The position numbers were made by a program, and so were the translations under genes. Below are positions 37,963 through 48,709 of a stretch of DNA of 64,000 nucleotides, piece by piece (position 1 is the stretch's first letter; every line of letters begins with the position of its first letter). The stretch comes from a bacterium (GTDB lineage Bacteria; UBA8248): the NCBI GenBank assembly GCA_965219955.1, contig OZ244799.1, positions 1,536,001 through 1,600,000 on the forward strand, written 5' to 3'. The notes beneath the pieces were generated by a model that had not been told where the DNA came from, searched no databases, and worked only from the letters and a program-made list of their open reading frames with translations.

Positions 37963-38652
37963 CTAATCGTCAAGAACCGCCACCGCGCGGACGGGGCTTC
38001 CCGTGCCTTCACGGAATTTCAGAGGCAGGGAAATGAACTGGAACTCGCCCTTGCCGAGCAGGGCTTCCAAGTTGCACAGGCTTTCCAGGTGGGTGATTCC
38101 CCTCTCCCAGCAGGTTTTGTGAACCAGGGCGTTCACGTCGCCTTCGGGGCCGGGACGCATGGAATCGATCCCGAAATGGACGATTCCCTGATCCGCCAAC
38201 CATTCGGTGGCTTCCACGTTGATGCCCGGATTATCCGTGCCATACGCCTTCGTCGGGAAAGTGCGGGCATGATGGCCCGTACAGAGCAGGATGGTGCCGC
38301 CCTGGGGAACCGGGAGGCCGGTCTTCTTCACCGCTGCGTCGAGGTCCGCCGAGCTGATTTCCGCCCTCGGTTCAATATGCTGCAAATCGATGCAGATGCC
38401 GCGCACGATGCAGTTCTCGAGCGGGTACTCGTTCATCGGCTGCGCGTCCTGGTGGAAATGACGCGGCGCGTCGAGGTGCGTGGTGCCGTGCTCGGGCATG
38501 GTGACGAAGTTCAGGGCGTTTCCCCAGACGTTGCCCGAGTCCTTGAAGGCCTCTTCGTGGTTTTTCCACTCGGCGTAGAGGATGGGCGGCTGGCCCGGAT
38601 ATGCGGGCGTGCGGTGGTAGATCTCTCGTGAAAGGTCAACGATGGTAGGCAT
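37963..38652 (-). CDS. Cyclase-family (KynB-like) metal hydrolase
   Basis: 'EHGTTHLDAPRHF', 'GIDS', 'HLESL.NL', 'GTGSPVRAVA'. Confidence 0.9.
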   Translation of the reverse strand: MPTIVDLSREIYHRTPAYPGQPPILYAEWKNHEEAFKDSGNVWGNALNFVTMPEHGTTHLDAPRHFHQDAQPMNEYPLENCIVRGICIDLQHIEPRAEISSADLDAAVKKTGLPVPQGGTILLCTGHHARTFPTKAYGTDNPGINVEATEWLADQGIVHFGIDSMRPGPEGDVNALVHKTCWERGITHLESLCNLEALLGKGEFQFISLPLKFREGTGSPVRAVAVLDD

Positions 38653-38672
38653 AGATTTTTTCTCCTTTTCGC

Positions 38673-39914
38673 CTAAACGGTGCAGCGCAATATATGCAGT
38701 CCGTGGTTCTTGTCCGTCACGTAAATGATTCCGCGCCTGTCGACGATGACGTCCTCGCTCTGGGTGACGAGCGTCTTGGGCAGCATTCCGAGGCGTTTCG
38801 TCGGGTCGGCGGGGATATAGTGCGCGATCTCGCGCGGATGGATGGGTTCGGAGATATCATAGACCCTGAGGCCTGCGTTGAAATACGTCAGATAAACCCG
38901 GTCTTCCCTTTGCTCGAGACAGTCGAGCCCCTGGGGGTGGTGCTGGTTATGCGGGCCGAAGCGCCCGCCGCGCTCGCAGAAGCTCTTGTGGGAATAGCCG
39001 GGCGGCGGCTCGGGCACCGGGAAGAGCGACATGAGCCTCGGGTTCGCCTCGTCTTCGATGTCGATGATCGCCGTGTAGTTGAGCGGCTCGTCGCAATTTT
39101 CCTTGAGCGCCTCGCTGTTGATGATGGCGAACCCCCGGTTGAGATAGGGATACGCCGTGTGGACGGCGATCGCGCTGCCCAGCGGCGGGTAGACGTTGAA
39201 GCGGCTGATGATCCTGGGGCTGGAAATGTCCTCGATGTCCGCGATGACGAACCCGCCGCGCGCGTAAGGAAGATACGCCCGCCCGTTTTCGGCATGGGCC
39301 GGCCCGTGCTGGAACACGCGCATCCCCTCGCTCCAGTCGTCCGACATATCGGTCTCTGCCCCCTCCTGCTCGGGGAGCCAGAAGCGCCCCGCTTCTTTGG
39401 GATTCCGGGGATCGGCCAGATCCAGAATGCGGTAGATGTTCCCGTCGTAGCCGGACGCGTATGCGGAGAGATGGGCGTAGCGGCCGCCGTTATAGAAATT
39501 GCGGTGCGTCCCGTCGGCCCCCGTTTGCCAGTGCGAAATGAGTTGCGGATCGGCGGGGTCTTTTTTCACGTCCCAGATGTAGACGCCCTCGGCATCGGGC
39601 GGATCCTCGGGCCTCGGCCCCCAGCCCGGAGGGATTCTCTCCAGGGAAGTGATGAGCAAACCATCCGCCACCTGGACCTGCAGCGTCCAGGTGTTGTCTG
39701 GCCCCTCGATGAACTTGAGGAGTTCGGGGTTTTCGGGATCAGTTACGTCCAGGACGCTCCAGCCGCTCACCCAGAATTGCGAGAGGTAGAGGTAAAACCG
39801 ACCGTCCACCTCCTGAATCGCCGTCTTGAAGGCGGGCCTGTCTTCCAGGTCGTGGTAGCCGAGCAACTCCATGTTTTCGCTGCTGATTGCGGCAGGCGCC
39901 TGCGCGAGACTCAT
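38673..39914 (-). CDS. LVIVD-repeat beta-propeller protein
   Basis: Repeats 'SVLDVTDPENP', 'ILDLADPRNP', 'VIADIEDISSP', 'RVYDISEP'; 'RFGPHN'. Confidence 0.82.
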   Translation of the reverse strand: MSLAQAPAAISSENMELLGYHDLEDRPAFKTAIQEVDGRFYLYLSQFWVSGWSVLDVTDPENPELLKFIEGPDNTWTLQVQVADGLLITSLERIPPGWGPRPEDPPDAEGVYIWDVKKDPADPQLISHWQTGADGTHRNFYNGGRYAHLSAYASGYDGNIYRILDLADPRNPKEAGRFWLPEQEGAETDMSDDWSEGMRVFQHGPAHAENGRAYLPYARGGFVIADIEDISSPRIISRFNVYPPLGSAIAVHTAYPYLNRGFAIINSEALKENCDEPLNYTAIIDIEDEANPRLMSLFPVPEPPPGYSHKSFCERGGRFGPHNQHHPQGLDCLEQREDRVYLTYFNAGLRVYDISEPIHPREIAHYIPADPTKRLGMLPKTLVTQSEDVIVDRRGIIYVTDKNHGLHILRCTV

Positions 39915-40108
39915 CGCATCCTCACTTAAGATGTTCACTTTGACTCTTCGCCAAAATGTGGAAGAGAATATCTGTCGAATTGATTGCTGAACCATGCCTT
40001 ATGTACCCCACTACCGCATGGTGGTAAAGTCCCGCAGCGACTTTGACGCATACAAGCTGAATCGCGTCGCAGGGCCTTTCACCAAGCGCACCGGAAAGCG
40101 GAGAAGGT

Positions 40109-40873
40109 ATGACCTCACCCGGCGTGGATTTAAGCGGCAAGACAGCCTGCATCACGGGCGGCGGCCAGGGGCTGGGCGCCTCGATGGCCATCGCACTGGC
40201 GGAGGCGGGCGCGGACCTCGTCCTCATCGGCAGACGGCCCGAGCCGATGGCCGAGACCGCGAAGGAATGCGAGGAATTCGGCGTCCAGGCCAGACCCGCC
40301 GTCTGCGACGTCACGGATCCGGCCCGTGTGAACGCTTTGTTCGAGCAGGTCAACAGGGAACTCGGCGGCCCGCACATTCTCATCAACAACGCGGGCGTGT
40401 CGCTCCCCAGCCCGATTCTCGAAATGACGAACGAAATCTGGCACCAGACCATCGATTTGAACCTGAGCGGCATGTTCTATTGCTGCCGGGCGGCGGTGCG
40501 CTTCATGCTCGAGGCGGGAGGAGGCAAAATCGTCAACCTCGGCTCGGGCGCTGGAAGCCGGGGCCGCCCCAACCAGGTGGCCTATGCGGCGTCAAAAGCA
40601 GGCGTGAGAGGATTCACCGAGGCGCTCGCCGTAGAACTCGCGGAGAAAAACATTCAGGTGAACAACATCGCGCCGGGCCGCTTCCCCACCCCGATGACGG
40701 TCGATCGCATCGCCGACCCGGCGCAGAGCGAGGAATTCCTGCGTTACGTTCCCATGAGGCGCTACGGCGAACTCGAAGAAATCCGGCCCCTCGTCATCTA
40801 TCTTTGCGGCCCCCAAAGCGACTTCATGACGGGGCAGACGATATACCTCGACGGCGGCAGCAGCGCGCTCTAG
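40109..40873 (+). CDS. Short-chain dehydrogenase/reductase
   Basis: 'ITGGGQGLG', 'NNAG', 'YAASK', 'DGG'. Confidence 0.92.
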   Translation: MTSPGVDLSGKTACITGGGQGLGASMAIALAEAGADLVLIGRRPEPMAETAKECEEFGVQARPAVCDVTDPARVNALFEQVNRELGGPHILINNAGVSLPSPILEMTNEIWHQTIDLNLSGMFYCCRAAVRFMLEAGGGKIVNLGSGAGSRGRPNQVAYAASKAGVRGFTEALAVELAEKNIQVNNIAPGRFPTPMTVDRIADPAQSEEFLRYVPMRRYGELEEIRPLVIYLCGPQSDFMTGQTIYLDGGSSAL

Positions 40874-41664
40874 GCCCTCACCACGTCGCACCGACCGCCG
40901 TCCACGTTGATGGACTCGCCCGTGATGTTCGAAGCCAGGCCGGAGACCAGGAACAACGCTGCGTTCGCACAATCCTCGGCGCGCGTGAGGCGGCCCATGG
41001 GCAATTCGGCGCGTCTTTCGGCATCCACTTCCTCATAAGCGCGATTCGTGAGTTCCGCGATTTTCGTCGTCTGCCGGACGTATCTCGGGGTGTCCGTCGT
41101 GCCCGGATTGATGAGGTTCACGCGGATGTTCTCCGGGGCGAGCCTGCGGGCGAGTTGATGCTTGTAGGCGGCGAGACCTGCGTTCGGAATGCAGCCCGAG
41201 CCGTGGTACTCGGAGGTATGGACGTGACTCAGCCCCGAGAAATAGACGATGACGCCCTCGCCCCGCTTCCTCATCTGCGGAATCACGGCCTTCGTCAAAC
41301 GGATGGCGGCGCGGAGCTTCAAGTCGATGGCGAGGTCGATGTCCTCATCCGTCGTCACGATGGGGTCTGTGCGCCTGCTCACGCCCGCGGCGCTGATGAG
41401 AAAATCGATTCCCCCGAGCCGGGCGCAGGTCTCCTCGACGACGCGCCCGGTTTGACCCTCAGCGGTGAGGTCGCCCGCCATCACCTCCGCGCGTCCTCCG
41501 GCGGCGACGATGTCCGAGGCGGTCTGCTTCAAATTTTCCTCGTTCCGGGCCGCGAGCGCGACCGATGCCCCCGCGCGCGCCAACACCATGGCGCACGCTT
41601 GCCCGATGCCCTGGCTCGAACCCGTCACCAAGGCGATTTTCCCGCTCAAATCTATCGTGATCAT
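40870..41664 (-). CDS. Short-chain dehydrogenase/reductase with atypical active site
   Basis: 'VTGSSQGIG', 'NVDGG'; the YxxxK position reads 'GCIPN'. Confidence 0.85.
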   Translation of the reverse strand: MITIDLSGKIALVTGSSQGIGQACAMVLARAGASVALAARNEENLKQTASDIVAAGGRAEVMAGDLTAEGQTGRVVEETCARLGGIDFLISAAGVSRRTDPIVTTDEDIDLAIDLKLRAAIRLTKAVIPQMRKRGEGVIVYFSGLSHVHTSEYHGSGCIPNAGLAAYKHQLARRLAPENIRVNLINPGTTDTPRYVRQTTKIAELTNRAYEEVDAERRAELPMGRLTRAEDCANAALFLVSGLASNITGESINVDGGRCDVVRA

Positions 41665-41845
41665 CTGTTTCCCTTTCTCGGCGATCCGTTCATACTCGTA
41701 ACCGCACCCGGAGCGGATGCGGAGAAAATGCGCGACCTCGAAAACCTTCGGCCGGGCGCTGGATTTTCATGACGATTTTTCTTATACACGACTTGTCCTT
41801 CGGCGGCATTCCAGGCGGCGTTCACTTTCACAAAGGCGGCGGCCC

Positions 41846-43084
41846 ATGACGAAGAAAAGCATCTCGGACATCGACGTGCGTGGTAAGCGCGTGCTGATGC
41901 GTGTGGACTTCAACGTCCCCCAGGACGCGAACGGCCGTATCGCCGATGACCGCAGAATCCGCATGGCGCTCCCCACGATAAACCACATTCTGGATAACGG
42001 CGGCCGCCTCGTCCTCATGAGCCACCTGGGCCGCCCGACGGGAGAAGGCCCCGAAGCCGACGCCAAGTGGACGCTCCGGCCCATCGCCGAACGCCTGGAG
42101 ATGCTCCTCGGCAAGAGCGTCGTCTTCGCGGAAGACTGTGTAGGCCCCGCCGCCGAAAGCGCAGCCGCAGCGCTGAGTGACGGGGAATGCTGCCTCCTCG
42201 AAAACCTACGCTTTCACAAGGCCGAGCAGATCAAGGACAAGGCGGCCTCCAAGGACGAGACCAAAAGACGCGAAAAAGACGCCTTCGCGCAGGGACTGGC
42301 CTCTTTGGCCGACGTCTACCTGAACGACGCCTTCGGCACCTGCCACCGCGACAACGCGAGCATGCTCACCGCCCCGCAGATGATGGCGGGCAACCCCCGC
42401 GTTGCGGGATTTTTACTCGAAAAGGAGCTTCAATACCTCGGCGAGGCGCTGAATGCGCCTGAAAGACCTTTTCTCGCCATCATCGGAGGCAAGAAAGTCT
42501 CCGACAAAATGATGGTCATAGAAACGCTGCTGGGCAAATGCGACCGGGTGATCATCGGCGGGGCCATGGTCTATACCTTCATGCGGGCAAAGGGCCAGGA
42601 GACGGGCGCGAGCCTCGTGGAAGAAGACAGGGTCGAAGTCGCCGCCCGGCTGCAATCCTTAGGGGGCGAGAAACTCGTTTTACCGACGGATGTAATCGCC
42701 GCGCGCGCCATCGAAGAAGGCGCGGCATTCGAAGTATTCCAGGGAAAGATTCCCGAGGGTCTGATGGGCCTCGACATCGGCCCTGAATCCGCGCGCCGAT
42801 TCTCGGAGATGATTTCAGGGGCGAAAACCATCGTCTGGAACGGCCCGATGGGCGTCTTCGAGGTCAAGCCCTTCGACGTGGGCACGTTCACCGTTGCGCG
42901 CGCCCTCGCGGAGGCGACGAAAAACGGCGCTACGACCGTCATCGGCGGCGGCGACAGCGCGGCGGCCATCGAGATGGCCGGGCTGAGCAAGCAAGTGAGC
43001 CACGTGAGCACGGGCGGTGGAGCGAGCCTCGAGTTCATGGAGGGAAAATCGTTTCAGGCCGTCGAAATTCTCGATGATTTGTAG
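41846..43084 (+). CDS. pgk: Phosphoglycerate kinase
   Basis: 'RVDFNVP', 'SHLGRP', 'LLENLRF', 'WNGPMGVFE', 'GGGDS', 'STGGGASLE'. Confidence 0.97.
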   Translation: MTKKSISDIDVRGKRVLMRVDFNVPQDANGRIADDRRIRMALPTINHILDNGGRLVLMSHLGRPTGEGPEADAKWTLRPIAERLEMLLGKSVVFAEDCVGPAAESAAAALSDGECCLLENLRFHKAEQIKDKAASKDETKRREKDAFAQGLASLADVYLNDAFGTCHRDNASMLTAPQMMAGNPRVAGFLLEKELQYLGEALNAPERPFLAIIGGKKVSDKMMVIETLLGKCDRVIIGGAMVYTFMRAKGQETGASLVEEDRVEVAARLQSLGGEKLVLPTDVIAARAIEEGAAFEVFQGKIPEGLMGLDIGPESARRFSEMISGAKTIVWNGPMGVFEVKPFDVGTFTVARALAEATKNGATTVIGGGDSAAAIEMAGLSKQVSHVSTGGGASLEFMEGKSFQAVEILDDL

Positions 43085-43163
43085 AGGTCGCGCGGATGCC
43101 GCATAATCGTCTCGTAAGGACGAGGTTCTCAATTATACAAGCCGCTCTTAAGGACATACCCGG

Positions 43164-44171
43164 GTGAAGAACAACATTCTGGAGGCCATCGGCGATACGC
43201 CTATCGTAAGGCTCAATTCCATCGGCGCGGAAGTCGAATCGGAACTGTTCGTCAAGGTCGAATACATGAATCCGGGCCTCTCGGTGAAAGATCGCATCGC
43301 GCCGCTGATCGTCGAAGACGCGGAGAAAAAGGGCGAATTAAAGCCGGGCGGAATGATTGTCGAGGCCACGTCCGGGAACACCGGCGCGGGTCTCGCCATC
43401 GTCGCCGCCATCAAGGGCTACAATTGCGTTTTCGTGATGCCCGACAAGATGAGCCAGGAGAAAGTCGACCGGCTCCGCGCATACGGTGCCAAAGTCATCG
43501 TCACGCCCACGGTCGCGCTCGACGACCCCGAGAGCCACTACAGCGTCGCGCGCAGGATCGTGGAGGAAACACCCAACTGCATACTGGCGAACCAGTACAA
43601 CAACCCGAACAACCCCGAATCCCACTACCGCATGACGGGGCCCGAGATATGGCGTCAGACGGGAGGCGAGTTCGACGCCTTCGTTACGGGTCTCGGCACC
43701 GGCGGCACCATCTCGGGAACGGGAAGGTTCCTGAAAGAAAAGAATCCCGACATCAAGATCGTGGGCGTCGACCCCATCGGCTCGATTCTCTACGGCCTGT
43801 TTTACGGGGAAACGGACCCCGAGGCGGGCTCCTACAAGACCGAAGGCATCGGAGAAAGCTTCAAGCCCAATACGCTCAGCTTCGATAACATCGATGAAGT
43901 CGTCCGCGTGACCGACGCTGAATGCCTCCTGATGGCGCGCAGGCTGGCGAGGGAAGAAGGCATCCTGGTGGGCGGCTCTGCGGGCGGCGCGGTGGCAGGC
44001 GCCGTGCGATACGCGGAATCCCTCGAAAAGCCCGAAAGAATCGTCACCCTCATGCCGGATTCGGGCATGTTCTATCTCAGCAAGATATTCTCCGACGAAT
44101 GGATGGTCGCCAACGCTTTCCTCGATAAAGATGAGATGGAACAGGCGGCGACACCCGAGAGCGCATCTTAG
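43164..44171 (+). CDS. PLP-dependent cysteine synthase/cystathionine beta-synthase family enzyme
   Basis: 'NPGLSVKDR', 'EATSGNTG', 'GTGGT', 'EGIG'; adjacent to a cystathionine gamma-lyase-like gene. Confidence 0.9.
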   Translation: MKNNILEAIGDTPIVRLNSIGAEVESELFVKVEYMNPGLSVKDRIAPLIVEDAEKKGELKPGGMIVEATSGNTGAGLAIVAAIKGYNCVFVMPDKMSQEKVDRLRAYGAKVIVTPTVALDDPESHYSVARRIVEETPNCILANQYNNPNNPESHYRMTGPEIWRQTGGEFDAFVTGLGTGGTISGTGRFLKEKNPDIKIVGVDPIGSILYGLFYGETDPEAGSYKTEGIGESFKPNTLSFDNIDEVVRVTDAECLLMARRLAREEGILVGGSAGGAVAGAVRYAESLEKPERIVTLMPDSGMFYLSKIFSDEWMVANAFLDKDEMEQAATPESAS

Positions 44172-44218
44172 AGGTCGATAGGCAAACAGAATCCACCCCC
44201 TCGCCTTCCTGGAGCAAA

Positions 44219-45394
44219 ATGAAAATATCCACCAGAGCGATTCATCACGGAAAAGAACCCAACGAACTCACCGGCGCCGTGAAGCCCGACATCTGCCTGA
44301 GCAGCACGTTCAAGCAGCACACGCCCGGCGATCCCGTCGGCGATTTCGAATACTCGCGCTCGGGCAACCCGACACGAGAGGCTTTGGAGATGAACATCGC
44401 AGGCCTCGAGCGTCCCGAAGGCGCGGATGCCGAGTGTCACGGGCTGGCCTTTTCCTCAGGTCTGGGCGCCACCACCACGATACTCTTCGCCCTGCTTTCG
44501 CACGGCGACCACATGCTCTGCTCGGACGACGTGTACGGCGGAACCTTCCGCCTCATCACGGGCAAGGATTTCAGGGGGTTCGAGAAATTCGGGATCGCGT
44601 GCGACTACGTCGACATGGCGGATGAAGAGTCCCTCGCCGGGAAGATCAGGGAGAACACGAGGCTCATCTGGATAGAGAGCCCCACGAACCCGCTCTTGAA
44701 GATGGCCGACATCCGCAGCATCGCCTCCACGTACGGGAAAGACGGCGCCATCGTCGCCGTGGACAACACCTTCATGAGCCCCTACTTCCAGAGGCCGCTC
44801 GCTCTGGGCGCTGACATCGCCGTTCACAGCACGACGAAATACATCGGCGGGCACAGCGACGTCGTCGGCGGCGCCCTGGTGACGAAAAGCCGGGCGCTCC
44901 ATGAGCGCATCAGGCACTACCAGAACGCACTCGGTGCGACGCCCGCCCCCTTCGATTGCTACATGACCATGCGGGGCATCGACACCCTCCCCGTGCGGAT
45001 GGAAAAACACCAGGAAAACGCCATGAAAATCGCCAGGCATTTTGAGGGGCACCCCGGGGTGGAAAAAGTCATATATCCGGGGCTGGAATCTCACCCCCAG
45101 CACGATCTGGCGAAAAGGCAGATGAGCGGTTTCGGGGGCATGCTGGCGTTCTACCTGAAAGGCGGCCTGCCCGAGGCGCGCAGGTTTCTCGAAAACGTCC
45201 GGCTGTTCACCCTGGCGGAGAGTTTAGGCGGCACCGAGTCCCTCGTCGAGCATCCCGCTATCATGACCCACGCTTCTCTCACCGAGGAGAGCAGAGAAGC
45301 GCTTGGCATCAGCGACACCCTGATTCGGCTGTCGGTGGGAATCGAGGACGCGGACGATTTAATCGAGGATCTGGATCAGGCCTTGAGAGCGTAA
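44219..45394 (+). CDS. Cystathionine gamma-lyase/synthase (Cys/Met metabolism PLP enzyme)
   Basis: 'EYSRSGNPTR', 'ESPTNP', 'DNTF', 'HSTTKYIGGHSD', 'AESLGG.ESL', 'RLSVGIE'. Confidence 0.93.
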   Translation: MKISTRAIHHGKEPNELTGAVKPDICLSSTFKQHTPGDPVGDFEYSRSGNPTREALEMNIAGLERPEGADAECHGLAFSSGLGATTTILFALLSHGDHMLCSDDVYGGTFRLITGKDFRGFEKFGIACDYVDMADEESLAGKIRENTRLIWIESPTNPLLKMADIRSIASTYGKDGAIVAVDNTFMSPYFQRPLALGADIAVHSTTKYIGGHSDVVGGALVTKSRALHERIRHYQNALGATPAPFDCYMTMRGIDTLPVRMEKHQENAMKIARHFEGHPGVEKVIYPGLESHPQHDLAKRQMSGFGGMLAFYLKGGLPEARRFLENVRLFTLAESLGGTESLVEHPAIMTHASLTEESREALGISDTLIRLSVGIEDADDLIEDLDQALRA

Positions 45395-45404
45395 TTTGCG
45401 GCGC

Positions 45405-45451
45405 AAAAAAACCATCCCCCGGTCCGGCGATGAGGAGAGGGATGGTTTTTC
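45405..45451. terminator. Bidirectional terminator between convergent genes
   Basis: AAAAAAACCATCCC…GGGATGGTTTTTT. Confidence 0.75.
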
Positions 45452-45465
45452 TCTAAATCCGAAGC

Positions 45466-46470
45466 CTACATGAAATACTTCCGGTCGTTCATGTCCGGGT
45501 ACATGTCTCCCACCCACTTCGCATAGCCGTTGAAAAGAAGAGTCGGCCTTCTCTTGTTCGTTCCCAGCATGCGCTCCGACGCCTGGGACCATCTGGGGTG
45601 ATTGAACTTCGGGTTGATGTTGGCCCAGAAGCCGTATTCGCTGGGTCCCGCCTTCTCCCAGAACGTGCGGGGACGCTTTTCGGTGAATTCGATGGAAACG
45701 ACGGATTTTATGCTCTTGAATCCAAATTTCCAGGGAACCACCAACCGCAGGGGCGCGCCGTGCTGCTGCGGCATGGGATGACCGTAAATGCCCGTGCCCA
45801 TTATCGCCAGTTCGTTCATGGCCTCCTTCATGGTGAGGCCTTCCACGTAAGGCCACGGGTACCAGACCTGGAGCTGCCCCAGCGCCACCTTGCGGTTCAG
45901 GAAGGTGGTGAATTTGACGTATTTCGCCTTGCTCGTGGGCTCCACCTTCTTGATGAGTTCGGAAATCCTGAAACCCGTCCAAGGAACGGCCATCGCCCAT
46001 GCTTCCACGCAGCGGAAACGATACAGTCGCTCCTCGAGCGTCATGCCCTTAATCAACTCGTCGATGTCGTAGGTTTTGGGCTTCTTGACGTGGCCTTTCA
46101 CTTCCACCTGCCAGGGGCGCGTCTCCATGCGTTTGGCCAGCCAGGAGATCGCCTTGTTGCCGCCGAATTCATAGAAATTGTTGTATTCGGCCGCCACCTT
46201 CTCATCCGTGAGGGGCCGATCCAGCGTGAAAGCGGGATTCCGGCGCGCCGGGTACAGGCCCACCGTTTGATCCTTGGGATGCGCAACCCCCTTTTTCGCC
46301 TGCGCCAGAGCAACCGGGCCGTCGCGTTCGGGCCAGTAGGGAGGCGTCACCATCTGGCTCAGCATCAGACCCGCGCCGCCCGCCAAGAACTTGCGGCGGT
46401 TCAGAAAAACGGATTCGGGCGTGGCTTCACGCTCGGGCATCGACCATTCGGGCTTTTTGATGTAATTCAT
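45466..46470 (-). CDS. msrP: Periplasmic protein-methionine-sulfoxide reductase catalytic subunit
   Basis: 'ATPE..F.NRRKFL' Tat signal, 'YNNFYEFG', 'RFRCVEAW', 'HGAPLRL.VPWK.GFKSIK', 'HPRWSQA.ER'. Confidence 0.95.
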   Translation of the reverse strand: MNYIKKPEWSMPEREATPESVFLNRRKFLAGGAGLMLSQMVTPPYWPERDGPVALAQAKKGVAHPKDQTVGLYPARRNPAFTLDRPLTDEKVAAEYNNFYEFGGNKAISWLAKRMETRPWQVEVKGHVKKPKTYDIDELIKGMTLEERLYRFRCVEAWAMAVPWTGFRISELIKKVEPTSKAKYVKFTTFLNRKVALGQLQVWYPWPYVEGLTMKEAMNELAIMGTGIYGHPMPQQHGAPLRLVVPWKFGFKSIKSVVSIEFTEKRPRTFWEKAGPSEYGFWANINPKFNHPRWSQASERMLGTNKRRPTLLFNGYAKWVGDMYPDMNDRKYFM

Positions 46471-46710
46471 CTCGTCCCCTTTTGGGTGGCGGCTGGAGCC
46501 GGGTGTATTCTCCAGAGCAGGCGAATCGTTTCAAACTATGCCATGGACGCAGATTCGCCTTCCATGACGGCTCTTGGGAATATATCATAGAAATCTCACC
46601 AAAGTGAGAAAACCCGGTTTTATAAGGATTCTATACAGTCGGAACTGTGCGCAAACGCCGCGCAGGCGCGCCCCGTGGGCACAGAGACGACCATTCGATC
46701 GAGGAGACCC

Positions 46711-47769
46711 ATGTCCGAACAACGCTACCCCGTAGAACGTCTGGAGAATTTCATTCACGCCGTCCTGACGGCGCACGACGTTCTGGACGAGCACGCCCGT
46801 ATCTGCGCCGTCCGCATGATCGAAGCCGACCTCCACGGGATGCACGGACACGGCATCTTCCGGCTCCCTCCCTATTGCCGCAGAATCCGGGAAGGCGGCT
46901 ACAACCTGAGGCCCGACATCCGCGCCGAGCGCGAAACCGCCGTGAGCGCTCTCATCAACGGGGACAACGGCTTCGGCCAGGTGGTCGTCACGTTCGCGGC
47001 TGAACTCGCCATCCAGAAGGCGCGGGAAAACGGGCTGGCGTGGATCGGCATACACCACGGGAACCACGCCGGCGCCGCGGGCGTCTATGCCGCCCTGCCC
47101 CTCGCGCACGACATGATCGGGATGTACATGGCCGTCGCCAACGCCAACCACATGCCGCCCTGGGGCGGCGTGGACATGCTCCTGAGCACCAACCCCATCG
47201 CCTACGCCATCCCCGCGGGCGAGGAGCCGCCATTCGTCCTGGACATGGCCACCACCGAGACCTCCTACGGAAAGGTGAAGGTCTACGCCCAGGAGGGAAA
47301 ACCGATGCCCGAGGGCTGGATGATGACCAAAGACGGAAAGCCCCTCACCGACGCCACGCGCGCCGAGGAGGGTTTTCTGCTCCCCATCGGGGGGCACAAG
47401 GGCTATGGACTCAACATGATGATCGGCGCACTCGCGGGCGTTCTGAACGGAGCAGCCTTTGGATCTGACGTCATAGACTTCAACAAGGACTTCAAGACGC
47501 CCACGAACACCGGCCAGGTGTTCTTCGCCATGCGGCCGGACATCTTCCGCGACCTGGACGACTTCAAGGCGGAGATGGACCTGAGGATCCGCGAGATCAG
47601 AAATTCCGCCCCCATGGAGGGGGGAGACCCCATCCGGATTCCCGGCGAGAACCTCGCGCGAAGAAAAGAGCAGATGCGCAGGGACGGCGTGCCCGTCGCC
47701 GCGCCTGTGCTCGCCCAACTGAGAGAGTTGGCCGGGGAACTCGGTCTCGAGGACAAGCTTGCCGACTAG
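46711..47769 (+). CDS. Ldh_2-family (malate/L-lactate/sulfolactate-type) dehydrogenase
   Basis: 'ADL.G..GHG..RL', 'NHAG', 'TNPIA', 'LDMATT', 'GGHKGYGL', 'IPGE'. Confidence 0.9.
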   Translation: MSEQRYPVERLENFIHAVLTAHDVLDEHARICAVRMIEADLHGMHGHGIFRLPPYCRRIREGGYNLRPDIRAERETAVSALINGDNGFGQVVVTFAAELAIQKARENGLAWIGIHHGNHAGAAGVYAALPLAHDMIGMYMAVANANHMPPWGGVDMLLSTNPIAYAIPAGEEPPFVLDMATTETSYGKVKVYAQEGKPMPEGWMMTKDGKPLTDATRAEEGFLLPIGGHKGYGLNMMIGALAGVLNGAAFGSDVIDFNKDFKTPTNTGQVFFAMRPDIFRDLDDFKAEMDLRIREIRNSAPMEGGDPIRIPGENLARRKEQMRRDGVPVAAPVLAQLRELAGELGLEDKLAD

Positions 47770-48630
47770 TCACGCCAGGCTGATCAGCGCGCCTCCCGCG
47801 ACGATGAAGGCCGCGCCCAGCACCATGAGCGGCGTCAGCGGCTCCATGCCTTGCGGCAAAAACCGCGAGAAGAGCAGCACGAACAGGGGCTGGGCCGAGG
47901 TGATCGGCGTCACGACGACGATGCGCCCCTCCTCGAGCGCGAAGAAAAGCGATGTCAGGGCCGAGAAACTGGCGAGTCCCACGAGGATGAAATAAAACAG
48001 GCCCTTCCCGGTGAAGTCCTTGCGCCCGCTTCTGGAATTCGCCAGAACCAGAGCCATGACGACGCTCGACGTCCCCGCCATCACGAAAATCGCGAGCGTC
48101 TTATACGGCACGTCGGGCGAGGAGTAGCGGATGATGAGGTCGCGCATGACCCATATGAGCGTGGCGCCGATGGCATAGGCGATTCCGGCGAGCGCCCACG
48201 AGCGAATCTCATCTTTCCTGATCGACAAGACGATGATGCCGCAGACGATGAGCGCGGTTCCCAGGGCGAGGACGGGCGTGAGTTGCTCGCCCAGCAGCAA
48301 GACGGCCAGCGTGCTCGAAAAGAGCGGCCCCAGACCGCGCAGGATGCCCGAAGGCGCTGCCCCGATGCGCTGGACGCCCGCGAACTGAAACGTCCTCGAA
48401 ATGCTGGGGGTGATGACGCCGAGCCCCACGAACCAGAGCAGGTGCGGGTTGGCGAAAGCGCTCAGCGGCACGCTCGCCGCTATCCAGGGCAGATAAAGCA
48501 GCGTCACCGTGGCCGAGGCCACGAACCCGCCGAACACGGGCGTCGCCTCCCGCGTCGCAAGGCGCGAGAAGATAAAAGTCAGCGCGAAAAAGGCCGATGC
48601 CGCGATGGCCAGGGGAATCTCTGTCAACAC
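47770..48630 (-). CDS. EamA/DMT-family transporter
   Basis: About 10 TM helices, 'LLGEQLT', 'VVTPI'. Confidence 0.87.
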   Translation of the reverse strand: MLTEIPLAIAASAFFALTFIFSRLATREATPVFGGFVASATVTLLYLPWIAASVPLSAFANPHLLWFVGLGVITPSISRTFQFAGVQRIGAAPSGILRGLGPLFSSTLAVLLLGEQLTPVLALGTALIVCGIIVLSIRKDEIRSWALAGIAYAIGATLIWVMRDLIIRYSSPDVPYKTLAIFVMAGTSSVVMALVLANSRSGRKDFTGKGLFYFILVGLASFSALTSLFFALEEGRIVVVTPITSAQPLFVLLFSRFLPQGMEPLTPLMVLGAAFIVAGGALISLA

Positions 48631-48709
48631 ATGCCTCGCCTCACAACCAACACAATGAAAAAGCGCCCCCGGCTTTCGGCCAGGGGCGCCGATTCGATCA
48701 AGCGCCTGC

